Notes: a model not told the origin generated them from the sequence alone. A DNA stretch of 24,000 nucleotides from an uncultured archaeon (GCA_963845205.1 CAWJRC010000002.1:296214-320213); one strand, 5' to 3'. Positions 8,985-17,669 are shown, counted from the first letter of the stretch. Numbers and translations are program-made.

Positions 8985-9821
8985 ATGTCAAAAATTAATA
9001 GGAATAACAATAATTTAATCAAGATTTATTTGAAAGAAATAGGCAAATATCCTCTTTTAACTCATGATGAAGAAATAGAATTAGGCAAAGCAAAAGAAAA
9101 TAACAAAGAAGCTTCTCAAAAATTAATAAATTCTAATCTGAGGTTAGTTGTAAGTATAGCAAAATATTATCAAAGAAGAGGACTTCCTTTGGAAGATTTA
9201 ATCTCGGAAGGAAATACTGGACTTATGGCTGCAGTTGAAAAATATGATTATAGTAAGGGTTATCGATTCGCATCTTATGCTGTTTGGGACATAAAACAAA
9301 AAATTTTGAAAGCACTTGCAGAACAACCAAAAGGCATAAAGATTCCTTTTAATAAACTATGTGACTTATCAAAAATTAATAAACTTCTTTACAATAAAGA
9401 TCCCTCGAAATTGGGAAATATAGAACAAATAGCAAAAACACTTAATATTGAACCTGAGTTTGTTAGCTATCTTCTTAAGATCTCAAAAGAAACTATTTCT
9501 CTTGATCTCCCTGTTGAAAGTGATTTTGGAGAGCAAAATCTTTTGGAGGATAAGATCTCTCAACAACCTGCGGAATCAGCAATAAACAATTATTTGAAAG
9601 ACGATATCAACAATGTACTTAAGGATCTTTCCCCAGAAGAAATGGATATTATAGAAAAAAGATTTGGCCTTAATGGAAATTACCCCCATACACTGGAGGA
9701 TATTGGCAAAGAATACGATCTAACAAAAGAGAGGATAAGGCAGATTGAAGAAAAGGGGTTAAGAAAATTAAAAAGCGATACTTTTGTTAAGGAAAAATTA
9801 ATTTCTTATTTAGAAGAATAA
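8985..9821 (+). CDS. Sigma-70 family RNA polymerase sigma factor (RpoD/SigA-like, regions 1.2-4.2)
   Basis: [27 protein letters not shown] (1.2), [57 protein letters not shown] (2), [56 protein letters not shown] (4). Confidence 0.95.
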   Translation: MSKINRNNNNLIKIYLKEIGKYPLLTHDEEIELGKAKENNKEASQKLINSNLRLVVSIAKYYQRRGLPLEDLISEGNTGLMAAVEKYDYSKGYRFASYAVWDIKQKILKALAEQPKGIKIPFNKLCDLSKINKLLYNKDPSKLGNIEQIAKTLNIEPEFVSYLLKISKETISLDLPVESDFGEQNLLEDKISQQPAESAINNYLKDDINNVLKDLSPEEMDIIEKRFGLNGNYPHTLEDIGKEYDLTKERIRQIEEKGLRKLKSDTFVKEKLISYLEE

Positions 9822-9953
9822 AGATAAGGGGATATTCAAAAGATTCATTTTTTGAAGTCTTTTGAAGTTTTTTCCTTCATAATCTGCACTTCAATTTTTT
9901 CTAATTTTGAATATTTAACATTAACTTTTGGATATATAATCCAAAAAGAAAAT

Positions 9954-10075
9954 GAGCCTACACGGATTTGAACCGTGGACCCCCGCCTCTCTTAGATTTT
10001 TCTAACGAGAGAGTCAATTCTAACGAATTGAAATCATATAAGAGCGGTGCTCTGACCAGGCTGAGCTATAGGCTC
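9954..10075 (-). tRNA. tRNA-Ile (anticodon UAU) with 48-nt intron at canonical position 37/38
   Basis: Exon 1 10075-10037 GAGCCTATAGCTCAGCCTGGTCAGAGCACCGCTCTTATA; intron 10036-9989; exon 2 9988-9954 AGGCGGGGGTCCACGGTTCAAATCCGTGTAGGCTC. BHB: CCGCT-[CTTA]-(TAT)-GATTT ... AAATC-[TAAG]-(AGA)-GGCGG. Spliced loop CUUAUAA gives UAU. No encoded CCA. Confidence 0.92.
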
Positions 10076-10100
10076 GTTTACATTCATTTAGCTAATTTTA

Positions 10101-10115
10101 ACTATTTAAAATTTC
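10101..10115 (-). promoter_or_regulatory. Archaeal TATA-like box for tRNA-Ile
   Basis: Minus-strand GAAATTTTAAATAGT about 30 nt upstream of the tRNA-Ile 5' end. Confidence 0.4.
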
Positions 10116-10132
10116 TTATTCATCCGACAAAA

Positions 10133-10144
10133 TTTATAAATATA
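10133..10144 (+). promoter_or_regulatory. Archaeal TATA-like box for the surface protein gene
   Basis: tttataaatata 18-29 nt before the ATG at 10162, consistent with a leaderless mRNA. Confidence 0.45.
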
Positions 10145-10161
10145 CAAACACTGAGATTACA

Positions 10162-13100
10162 ATGAAAAAGAAGGGGGGAATTTTCTTATCTATTTTGATA
10201 TCAATTCTTATTCTTAATTTTGCATCTGCTGCAATCGGAAATTCTTTACACCTAAATATTCAGACGATAAATTCAACAGGAGGGGTGATTACAGGAACAT
10301 TTAACTTTGGTTTTAACATTTCCACTACAAGTGATTGTAATGCTACAAATGTTGTTTATGCAAATGCTTCAACTCTTACAACAGACTCACGAGGGATAAT
10401 TTCTTATTATTTAGACAATGTAAACATTAATTTTTATAGCCAATATTACTGGCTTTGTTATTACAGGAACGGGGTTTTGATAAATTCTTCAAAAATTGTA
10501 GGAATTCCTTATTCTCTTGCTTCTCAAAATACAACTTTAAGCGGTGTAAAGGTTGATAGCAATTTAGTTATGGGAACTTACAATATAACTTCTTCCTGGT
10601 TCTTTGGACTTTTTTCCTGGCTTGTAAACAATGATGTATCTCAAAATTATTTATCATTTAACGGTTCAACTTTAAGCTTTAATGAAACAAAATTAAATAA
10701 TACAATCGATAATATAGCAGCTGTTTTTGGGAATGCCTCTTGGAATCAAAGTTTTGCAAATACATTATATGCAACTATTGGAACTACTAGTGGAAACTTA
10801 TCTTGGAATCAATCATTTGCTAATGGATTGTATGCACCAAATACCACTGCTGGTATTCAATACTTGATTAACTCAACAGGAATTTATTCACAAGGGGGGA
10901 ATGCCTCTTGGAATCAAAGTTTTGCAAATACATTATATGCAACTATTGGAACTACTAGTGGAAACTTATCTTGGAATCAATCATTTGCTAATGGATTGTA
11001 TGCACCAAATACCACTGCTGGTATTCAATACTTGATTAACTCAACAGGAATTTATTCACAAGGGGGGAATGCCTCTTGGAATCAAAGTTTTGCAAATACA
11101 TTATATGCAACTATTGGAACTACTAGTGGAAACTTATCTTGGAATCAATCATTTGCTAATGGATTGTATGCACCAAATACTACAGCAGGGATACAATTTC
11201 TGATTAATGGAACAAATGTGAATTTCTTAAATGTTAATGCAAGTGGAGAAACGATAAATGGAAATTTGACTGCAACTAATTTTATAGGAAACGGGGCATA
11301 CCTTACGGGGATAAGTGGAGGTAGTTCATTCCCTTGGATTAATAGTACAAGTTATGTTCAATTAAACTCTTCTGCAATTCAAGCACTTAATGTTTCTAAT
11401 TTCTTGTTTGTAAATTCAACTAATGTTGGAATAAATGTAACTAGTCCAATATATGAATTACAATTAGGAAATGCAGGAAATGCATTGAATGTTTCAGGAG
11501 TTTTGTATGTTAATTCAACGAGCGGATTTGTTGGGATAAATCAAACAAGTCCGAGTTCATTGTTAGATGTTGGAGGGTCAAGTGGGCAAATTGCACAATT
11601 TGGTGATGCTGGAGGTTTATCCAATCAAAATTATATAACTATAGGGGGAAGCGCCATGTTTGGGTATGATGGAACAACAGATGATGCAGCAATTCAGGGA
11701 ATTTCCGGGAAAGGTATAGAATTTAATGTAGGCAATACTACTTTTGGAGCTAGCAGTTCAACAGCAATGGTAATAACATCTGGGGGGGATATCGGTATTA
11801 ATACAACGAGTCCGACAAATGAATTAGATGTTGGCGGCACAGGAGTTTCTGGAGCGGCTATCTATGGAAATGGAAGTAATCTTCCTTACGCTGTTGGGGT
11901 TTATGGAAGGGGAGATAGTAATATTGGGGTTGAAGGTGTTGGTAGTACTGGAGTTTGGGGAATTGGTAGCATTGGAGTTCAAGGTAGTGGAACTAGCTAT
12001 GGGGTTTATGCCAATGGTGCAGGTGCTTATGATTTCTATGCTGCAAATGCTACAGGAGAAAGTTACTTTGCGGGGAAAATAGGAATAAACGTGAGCAGTC
12101 CAATCTCTTTATTAAGCATAAATGATGCTGGAAATTCTTCATCAAGTTTGTATTCTTACAACGGCCAAACTGGTGGTATAGGAATTTTTGCAAATTCTTC
12201 AAATGCTGGGGGTGTGGGAATATATTCTTACGGCGGAGACAAAGGAGTATTAAGCTATGGAACGAATTATGATTTTTATGGAGGAAATCCTTCGGCATCA
12301 AATTATTTTGCAGGAAATGTAGGTATTGGTAGTGCTACAAGTCCGGTTGCTCCTTTAGATATTTATAATGGGGCGGATCATTTAGCATTATCTGTAGGAT
12401 TAATAAATTCTACAAGAGGTACTAATGGAATGTGGATAACTTCTAGTGCAGATATAAAATTAATTACAGATCAAGCTAAAACGGGTTCATTTGCTGATGT
12501 AGGATTTTATTATCAAAATTCAACAAATCCTAGAATTTATTTTAGAACAAATGGAGATTCTTATTTTAATACTAGCGGAAATGTAGGAATAGGAACAACA
12601 AGTCCAATATCGACATTAAGTGTAGGGGGGAATGGACTTTCTAATGCAGAAATTTATGGTTCTTATAGTTCTGCAGTAGGGGGAGGTTATGGTGTTTATG
12701 GAACCAGTTCTGGTACTGGTGTTCAAGGAATTACCACTGGGAATACTTCTGTTAATTTTGGGGGAAATTTCAGTGCTCCCAACGGAAATTATGCAGAAAT
12801 GGCAACAGGAAATGGTTATGGAATTATTGCAAAATCATCTGGGAGTGCTTATGGGGTTTATACTAATTCATTATATGTTACAACAGGACCTTCACACATT
12901 GAAGGAACACTTTACGTTGCAGGAGGATATGGGAATATTCAATCTGGAGATGTTGCAGAAGATTTGCAGACAATAGCAGGAAGAAATGCAGCATTATGTG
13001 CAGGAAATGTGTCATGTATGGTTAATGATTACAAAAAAGAAGACTTGTCTTATGGGGATGTTGTCTGCATTAATCCAAATTACGGTGAGACAATAATGCT

Positions 13101-13404
13101 CTGCAATGAATCTGATTCAGAATTAGTCGCAGGAGTAGTATCAAATACTTCAACAATAGATATGGGAAGTAATATCTCATTTTCTTATCCAATTGCAGTT
13201 GCAGGAATTGTTTACACAAAGGTTCTTGCAGGAAGCGAAGGAATAAAGCCTGGAGACTTATTAGTTTCAAGTTCTGTTCCGGGATATGCAATGAAAGCCC
13301 CTGCAAACTGGACAGAAGGGACAATATTGGGAAAGGCTTATGATTTCTGCGACACAAGATATTATACTAACTGCACAATACCTATGTTTGTTGCATTAGA
13401 ATAA
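10162..13404 (+). CDS. Large secreted, Asn/Ser/Thr-rich, tail-fibre-like repetitive surface protein (1080 aa)
   Basis: Signal peptide MKKKGGIFLSILISILILNFASA; 56-aa tandem repeats ASWNQSFANTLYATIGTTSGNLSWNQSFANGLYAPNTTAGIQYLINSTGIYSQGGN; multiple VGI(G/N)xxSPxxxLxV blocks as in fibre/S74-type proteins; Cys-containing C-terminal domain GIKPGDLLVSSSVPGYAMKAP. Confidence 0.85.
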   Translation: MKKKGGIFLSILISILILNFASAAIGNSLHLNIQTINSTGGVITGTFNFGFNISTTSDCNATNVVYANASTLTTDSRGIISYYLDNVNINFYSQYYWLCYYRNGVLINSSKIVGIPYSLASQNTTLSGVKVDSNLVMGTYNITSSWFFGLFSWLVNNDVSQNYLSFNGSTLSFNETKLNNTIDNIAAVFGNASWNQSFANTLYATIGTTSGNLSWNQSFANGLYAPNTTAGIQYLINSTGIYSQGGNASWNQSFANTLYATIGTTSGNLSWNQSFANGLYAPNTTAGIQYLINSTGIYSQGGNASWNQSFANTLYATIGTTSGNLSWNQSFANGLYAPNTTAGIQFLINGTNVNFLNVNASGETINGNLTATNFIGNGAYLTGISGGSSFPWINSTSYVQLNSSAIQALNVSNFLFVNSTNVGINVTSPIYELQLGNAGNALNVSGVLYVNSTSGFVGINQTSPSSLLDVGGSSGQIAQFGDAGGLSNQNYITIGGSAMFGYDGTTDDAAIQGISGKGIEFNVGNTTFGASSSTAMVITSGGDIGINTTSPTNELDVGGTGVSGAAIYGNGSNLPYAVGVYGRGDSNIGVEGVGSTGVWGIGSIGVQGSGTSYGVYANGAGAYDFYAANATGESYFAGKIGINVSSPISLLSINDAGNSSSSLYSYNGQTGGIGIFANSSNAGGVGIYSYGGDKGVLSYGTNYDFYGGNPSASNYFAGNVGIGSATSPVAPLDIYNGADHLALSVGLINSTRGTNGMWITSSADIKLITDQAKTGSFADVGFYYQNSTNPRIYFRTNGDSYFNTSGNVGIGTTSPISTLSVGGNGLSNAEIYGSYSSAVGGGYGVYGTSSGTGVQGITTGNTSVNFGGNFSAPNGNYAEMATGNGYGIIAKSSGSAYGVYTNSLYVTTGPSHIEGTLYVAGGYGNIQSGDVAEDLQTIAGRNAALCAGNVSCMVNDYKKEDLSYGDVVCINPNYGETIMLCNESDSELVAGVVSNTSTIDMGSNISFSYPIAVAGIVYTKVLAGSEGIKPGDLLVSSSVPGYAMKAPANWTEGTILGKAYDFCDTRYYTNCTIPMFVALE
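10731..11180 (+). repeat. 168-bp in-frame tandem repeat, 2 full copies plus a 114-nt partial copy
   Basis: Units starting at 10731, 10899 and 11067 (gaatgcctcttggaatcaaag...) read as identical until the third diverges after position 11180. Confidence 0.92.
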
Positions 13405-13405
13405 A

Positions 13406-13537
13406 ATGAAACAAGAATGTTTGATATGCGGAAGGAAGTTCAGAAAACTTACAAAGGAAGATATATGTGCTTTTTGTCATAAGGAAAAATATGATGAATG
13501 GAGCAGGGAATTTATGGAGGAAAAGAAGGGAAAATAA
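13406..13537 (+). CDS. 43-aa zinc-ribbon-like microprotein
   Basis: MKQECLICGRKFRKLTKEDICAFCHKEKYDEWSREFMEEKKGK; CxxC...CxxC pattern; starts 1 nt after the stop of the surface protein gene. Below the supplied ORF track threshold. Confidence 0.6.
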   Translation: MKQECLICGRKFRKLTKEDICAFCHKEKYDEWSREFMEEKKGK

Positions 13538-13606
13538 AATGGAAAAACGTTGGAAAAAATAAAGAGAGAGGTATGAAACCAGAACCAAGCGGAGAACCAA
13601 AAGAAA

Positions 13607-14038
13607 ATGAACAGGAAACTAATCTTATTCATCATGGGAATTTTCTTAATTGGAATCATAATAGCAGAATTAATCCCTTCCAGTGCTCCTGAAACAATAT
13701 ATATCCGAGTTCTTAAAACAGATAATATAACCCCCGAAACAAATGCAATTTGCAAGGCAGATATAATAAAAAATAATGAACTAACAGAAATAAACCTTCT
13801 GAATAAAACTGATTACATGCCCCTTGACTGCTACACCAAGGAATGTGCAAATGAAAGTTATAATCAAGGATTTTACGAACTAGAAACTGGATTAAACAAT
13901 TACAGGGGAAAATTTGAAATAGATATTGTATGCATAACTCCTGTCGGAGTAAGTTACACAATTCTTAATAATACCCATATCCCTTGTGATATAGAAAATA
14001 ACGGGAAAGATGTTGTTTGTTCTAATGTCAGAGATTGA
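13607..14038 (+). CDS. Secreted or single-TM protein, 143 aa
   Basis: N-terminal hydrophobic segment KLILFIMGIFLIGIIIAELIP followed by a Cys-containing, sequon-containing exodomain. Confidence 0.65.
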   Translation: MNRKLILFIMGIFLIGIIIAELIPSSAPETIYIRVLKTDNITPETNAICKADIIKNNELTEINLLNKTDYMPLDCYTKECANESYNQGFYELETGLNNYRGKFEIDIVCITPVGVSYTILNNTHIPCDIENNGKDVVCSNVRD

Positions 14039-14051
14039 TTAAATTTTTATA

Positions 14052-15605
14052 TTGATTTCTTCTTTACCCGTTATGAGTTTCAAAAGAATGAAGACTGTAA
14101 AAATCTTCTTAGCCCTCTTGTTAATATTAATCTCCGGATTTTTTATTTATGGGGTTCATTACAGTTATTCTGGGATTATACAGGACCCGCACAGCAATCC
14201 TGTTTTTTTAAATGTCACAAATCTTAATTACCCCTTTCCGGTTCATGCAGATGAATGGACTCATCTGGGGCAGATAATTTATATTATCAACAGCAAGACA
14301 TTAGGATTTGTCAATCCCTATTCCCCTAGTTTAACAAACAACAATGAGCTGGAAGTTGGTTTTAATCTATTTCTTGCATTATTTTTCATAATCACAACTT
14401 TGAATCCTGTCCTGAGTTATCAATTCCTCCCGGCAATTTTTTTCATGATCAATGCAACTTTACTTTTCTTTTTCGTCAAAAAACTGACTAAGAATTATTA
14501 TATTGCATTATTTTCCATCTTATTTTTTCTAGCAATTCCAAGCAATATAAATTTTTTGGGAAACTGGTTTGCTGTCCCTTTAACTTTCAGCATATTTTCA
14601 ATTTATCTTTTTTTTATCTGCCTAATTGATTTTATAGAGACCAAAAAGAAAAAATATCTTGCAGGTACAATTATTTCTTATGCAGTTTCATTATGTTATC
14701 CTGTAGCAACTGTATTCATAACAGCAATCGCATTTTTTTATATCATTTCAGAAAGAGATATTTACAACAAATTAAAAAAATATAAAATCCCTTTAATATT
14801 GTTGTCTTTGTTTCTTATCGCGGCTTTAATCTTCTTAATGAATCATTTTTCTTTTTTGATATTCCCAGCTGGCTGGACGTCTGATCAATACAACTATTCT
14901 TTGATATTTTTTTACGGAATCTTGCCTACATTATTTGCATTTATCGGAGTCTATTTCGTTTTGGATAAAAAGTTTAACCGGATATTCCTTATATGGCCTG
15001 CGGTATGTCTGATCAGCCTTTTTATATTCAAAATTTTTGGAATAAGCTTTTTTATCCCCTATGAAAGAACAATGTATTACTATCTCCTAGGGCTTGTTCC
15101 ATTGGCTGCGACAGGATTTTTTTATATTCTCAAATCCCTGTACGATTTAATAGCAAAGAGAATTCCAAGGAACAAGAAAAAATTTTATTTAATCATTATA
15201 ATTATCATCACATTATTAATGTCCTTTTTTATCCTGAGAAATTATTATTCTGTTGGCGAAGACAACTTTGCAGTCATGCACTTAATTGAAAAGCAGGATT
15301 ATGACGCAATAAAATTTATTGGAGATAATTACGGAAAAGGTAAAATAGTCCTAGCAGACAATCTTATTTCAACAGCTATTTATCCAATCAGCCAGGATTA
15401 TGTTGTCGGAATTTTGAGTTCTAATCTGGGGGACGGGAATCTTACGTTAGCAGATGATTTTTTTATGGGCGATTGCGGGGATAAAGAGGAAATAATAAAT
15501 GATTATAAAGTCGATTTAGTTCTTTCAAGATTTGAGATGAATTGTGACTCTTTAAAAGAAGTCTATGATAAAGAAGGAGATTATGTTTATGAAGCTGAAA
15601 AATGA
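14052..15605 (+). CDS. Polytopic membrane protein, GT-C glycosyltransferase-like
   Basis: Multiple hydrophobic spans; acidic motif HADEWTHLGQIIYII in the first extracytoplasmic loop, as seen in GT-C/PMT-like enzymes. Real start may be one of the internal Met codons (MSFKRMK). Confidence 0.65.
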   Translation: MISSLPVMSFKRMKTVKIFLALLLILISGFFIYGVHYSYSGIIQDPHSNPVFLNVTNLNYPFPVHADEWTHLGQIIYIINSKTLGFVNPYSPSLTNNNELEVGFNLFLALFFIITTLNPVLSYQFLPAIFFMINATLLFFFVKKLTKNYYIALFSILFFLAIPSNINFLGNWFAVPLTFSIFSIYLFFICLIDFIETKKKKYLAGTIISYAVSLCYPVATVFITAIAFFYIISERDIYNKLKKYKIPLILLSLFLIAALIFLMNHFSFLIFPAGWTSDQYNYSLIFFYGILPTLFAFIGVYFVLDKKFNRIFLIWPAVCLISLFIFKIFGISFFIPYERTMYYYLLGLVPLAATGFFYILKSLYDLIAKRIPRNKKKFYLIIIIIITLLMSFFILRNYYSVGEDNFAVMHLIEKQDYDAIKFIGDNYGKGKIVLADNLISTAIYPISQDYVVGILSSNLGDGNLTLADDFFMGDCGDKEEIINDYKVDLVLSRFEMNCDSLKEVYDKEGDYVYEAEK

Positions 15606-16626
15606 AAAAATATCCGTGATACTTCCTTGCAGAAATGAAGAAAAAACAGTCGGAATCTGTATTGGAAGAATAAAAGAAGCATTAAAAGAAAAAAATTATG
15701 AGATAATAGTCTCAGATTCTTCAACAGACAAAAGCGCAGAAATCGCTAAAAAATTAGGGGTACAGGTTGTCAAGCATAATAAAGAAGGATATGGGAATGC
15801 ATGCCTTGAAGGTTTTAAGCATGCAAAAGGGGATATTGTAGTCTTTGGAGATGCGGACAATACTTATGATTTTTCTGAAATTCCTAAACTTTTGGAATAC
15901 ATCGGAGAATATGACTTAGTTTTGGGAAAAAGAAAATTTATACAGAAAGGATCAATGCCTTTCTCACATAGATATATTGGTAATCCCATTCTTTCATTCA
16001 CTTCTAGATTATTTTTTAAAACAAATGTAAAAGATATAAACACAGGATTCAGGGCCATAAAAAAAGAAAGTTTTGAAAAACTTAATCTTAAAACAACAGG
16101 CATGGAATTTGCGTCAGAAATGATAATAATGGCTGTAAAAAATGGACTTAAAATTAAAGAAGTTCCTGTGCATTATTATAAACGGGAAGGAAATTCCAAA
16201 CTGCGCACGTTCAAGGATGGGTGGAGGCATTTCCGATTTATGCTTTTGTACAGTCCGTTATTTTTATTTTTTATTCCAGGACTGATTTTATTTCTCCTTT
16301 CCATAATTTTTTTATTTTATAATATTTTATTTTCTGCTTTGTTTGTAATAATTGGATATCAACTGATTATTTTTGCATTATTTACAAAAACTTATGCTAT
16401 AACTCATTTTGGGGATAAGCCAATTTTAAATCCATTTTATAAATATCTTTCAATAGAAAGTGCTAGCATTACCGGATTACTGATTATCCTTCTGGGAATC
16501 ATCGCTTATTTTTTAATAGGTACTAATAAAACTGAAAGCGCAATCTTCGCTTTTATGTTCGTAATCATAGGAATTCAAACAATTTTTTCATCCTTCATGC
16601 TAAGCATATTGGGGATTAAGAAATGA
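15589..16626 (+). CDS. GT2 family (DPM1/GtrB-like) polyprenyl-phosphate glycosyltransferase with C-terminal TM domain
   Basis: ISVILPCRNEEKTVGICIGRI, EIIVSDSSTDKSAEIA, GDIVVFGDADNTYDF, DLVLGKRKFI, then several TM spans. The track start at 15565 overlaps the upstream gene; 15583 or 15589 is more likely. Confidence 0.9.
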   Translation: MKLKNEKISVILPCRNEEKTVGICIGRIKEALKEKNYEIIVSDSSTDKSAEIAKKLGVQVVKHNKEGYGNACLEGFKHAKGDIVVFGDADNTYDFSEIPKLLEYIGEYDLVLGKRKFIQKGSMPFSHRYIGNPILSFTSRLFFKTNVKDINTGFRAIKKESFEKLNLKTTGMEFASEMIIMAVKNGLKIKEVPVHYYKREGNSKLRTFKDGWRHFRFMLLYSPLFLFFIPGLILFLLSIIFLFYNILFSALFVIIGYQLIIFALFTKTYAITHFGDKPILNPFYKYLSIESASITGLLIILLGIIAYFLIGTNKTESAIFAFMFVIIGIQTIFSSFMLSILGIKK

Positions 16627-17669
16627 AAAAAATAAAACAGATAGGTATGACAAATAAAAAATTTGCACTTGAGTTATACGCGAAGATTACAAATAAAAGA
16701 TTTTTCTGTAGAGTGTTGAGGGATGATTCTTTGTACAACACTGTTATTAATTCGGATTTGACTGTTTCCTGTAACTGCAATGATGATTATGGATTAGGAA
16801 GAATCGGCGATTTTAAAAATCAGAGTTTAGAAGAAATATTTTTAGGAGAAAAAGCAAATAAGTTTAGAAAATCTCTTGCGAAGGGGAAGTTGCCAATAAT
16901 AAATTGTGCTGTCTGTTCAGATTTATGTTTTACAAATAAGAAAGAAGCTGAAAGGTATATGGATCATCTTAGTATTCCCAAAGGTATAATGATAGAAAAC
17001 ACTGTAAACTGTAATCTAAATTGCCTTAGTTGTAATAGGGAAAAGATTTATTCTTTAAGAAGTAAAAGAAATATGTCATTAGAGGACATGAAAAAAATTT
17101 CTCTTGAGATAAAAAAAAGAAAAATAAAACAGATCTCATATTTTAATCTTGGAGAACCATTTTTATCAAAAGATATTAAAAAGGAATTGGAAATTATCAG
17201 AAAAGACAACCCTCATATTGTTATCAATATTTCCACTAATGGAGGGGCATTAGATTCAAAAGAAAAAAGAGAAGCGGCGTTATTTTCTGATAAGGTTATT
17301 TTTTCTATTGATGGCTCTACACAGGAATCCCTAGCCAAATATCAGAAAGGAGGAGATTTTAATAAAGCATATTCCAATATGAAATCTCTTGTAAAATTAA
17401 GAGATCTTCTCAGAAAGAAAAAGCCAGTAATAATATGGAAATATCTTTTATTTAAATGGAATGATAATGAAAAATTAATTTCATATGCAATAAAATTAGC
17501 CAAAGAGGCAAAAATAGATCAGATATATTTTGAAAAAACATTATCACCCCCTTTGTGTGTGTCTTATAAACATTATATTGGTAGGGGGTATTTGAATAAA
17601 ATTTCAAAATTTAATGGAAAGATATGCACAATTTCTCTAGAAAATAAAAAAATACCCGGATCAAAATGA
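16623..17669 (+). CDS. Radical SAM protein with N-terminal SPASM-like cysteine region
   Basis: CxxxCxxC motif NCNLNCLSCNREKI; NLGEPFLSKDI; ISTNGG; VIFSIDGSTQESLAKYQKGGDFNKAYSNMKSLVKLR; upstream CNCN...GRIGDFKNQSLEEIF...CAVCSDLC. Confidence 0.88.
   Translation: MKKIKQIGMTNKKFALELYAKITNKRFFCRVLRDDSLYNTVINSDLTVSCNCNDDYGLGRIGDFKNQSLEEIFLGEKANKFRKSLAKGKLPIINCAVCSDLCFTNKKEAERYMDHLSIPKGIMIENTVNCNLNCLSCNREKIYSLRSKRNMSLEDMKKISLEIKKRKIKQISYFNLGEPFLSKDIKKELEIIRKDNPHIVINISTNGGALDSKEKREAALFSDKVIFSIDGSTQESLAKYQKGGDFNKAYSNMKSLVKLRDLLRKKKPVIIWKYLLFKWNDNEKLISYAIKLAKEAKIDQIYFEKTLSPPLCVSYKHYIGRGYLNKISKFNGKICTISLENKKIPGSK

Noticed and set aside
9822-9953. Direct repeat ttttgaagtc/ttttgaagtt after the sigma gene
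   Set aside because: Short and AT-rich; could be part of a T-rich terminator but does not support a specific feature call.
10731-11180. CRISPR-like direct repeats
   Set aside because: Repeats are contiguous 168-bp coding units with no spacers; part of a protein tandem repeat.
11828-13357. Alternate-frame and antisense ORFs inside the 1080-aa gene (11828..12082, 12050..12301, 12689..12976, 13070..13357)
   Set aside because: Compositional artefacts of a low-complexity repetitive coding sequence; the main frame is clearly the real one.
13498-13692. 64-aa + strand ORF
   Set aside because: Overlaps the end of the 43-aa CxxC protein and the signal-peptide gene at 13607 in other frames; low-complexity hydrophilic composition.
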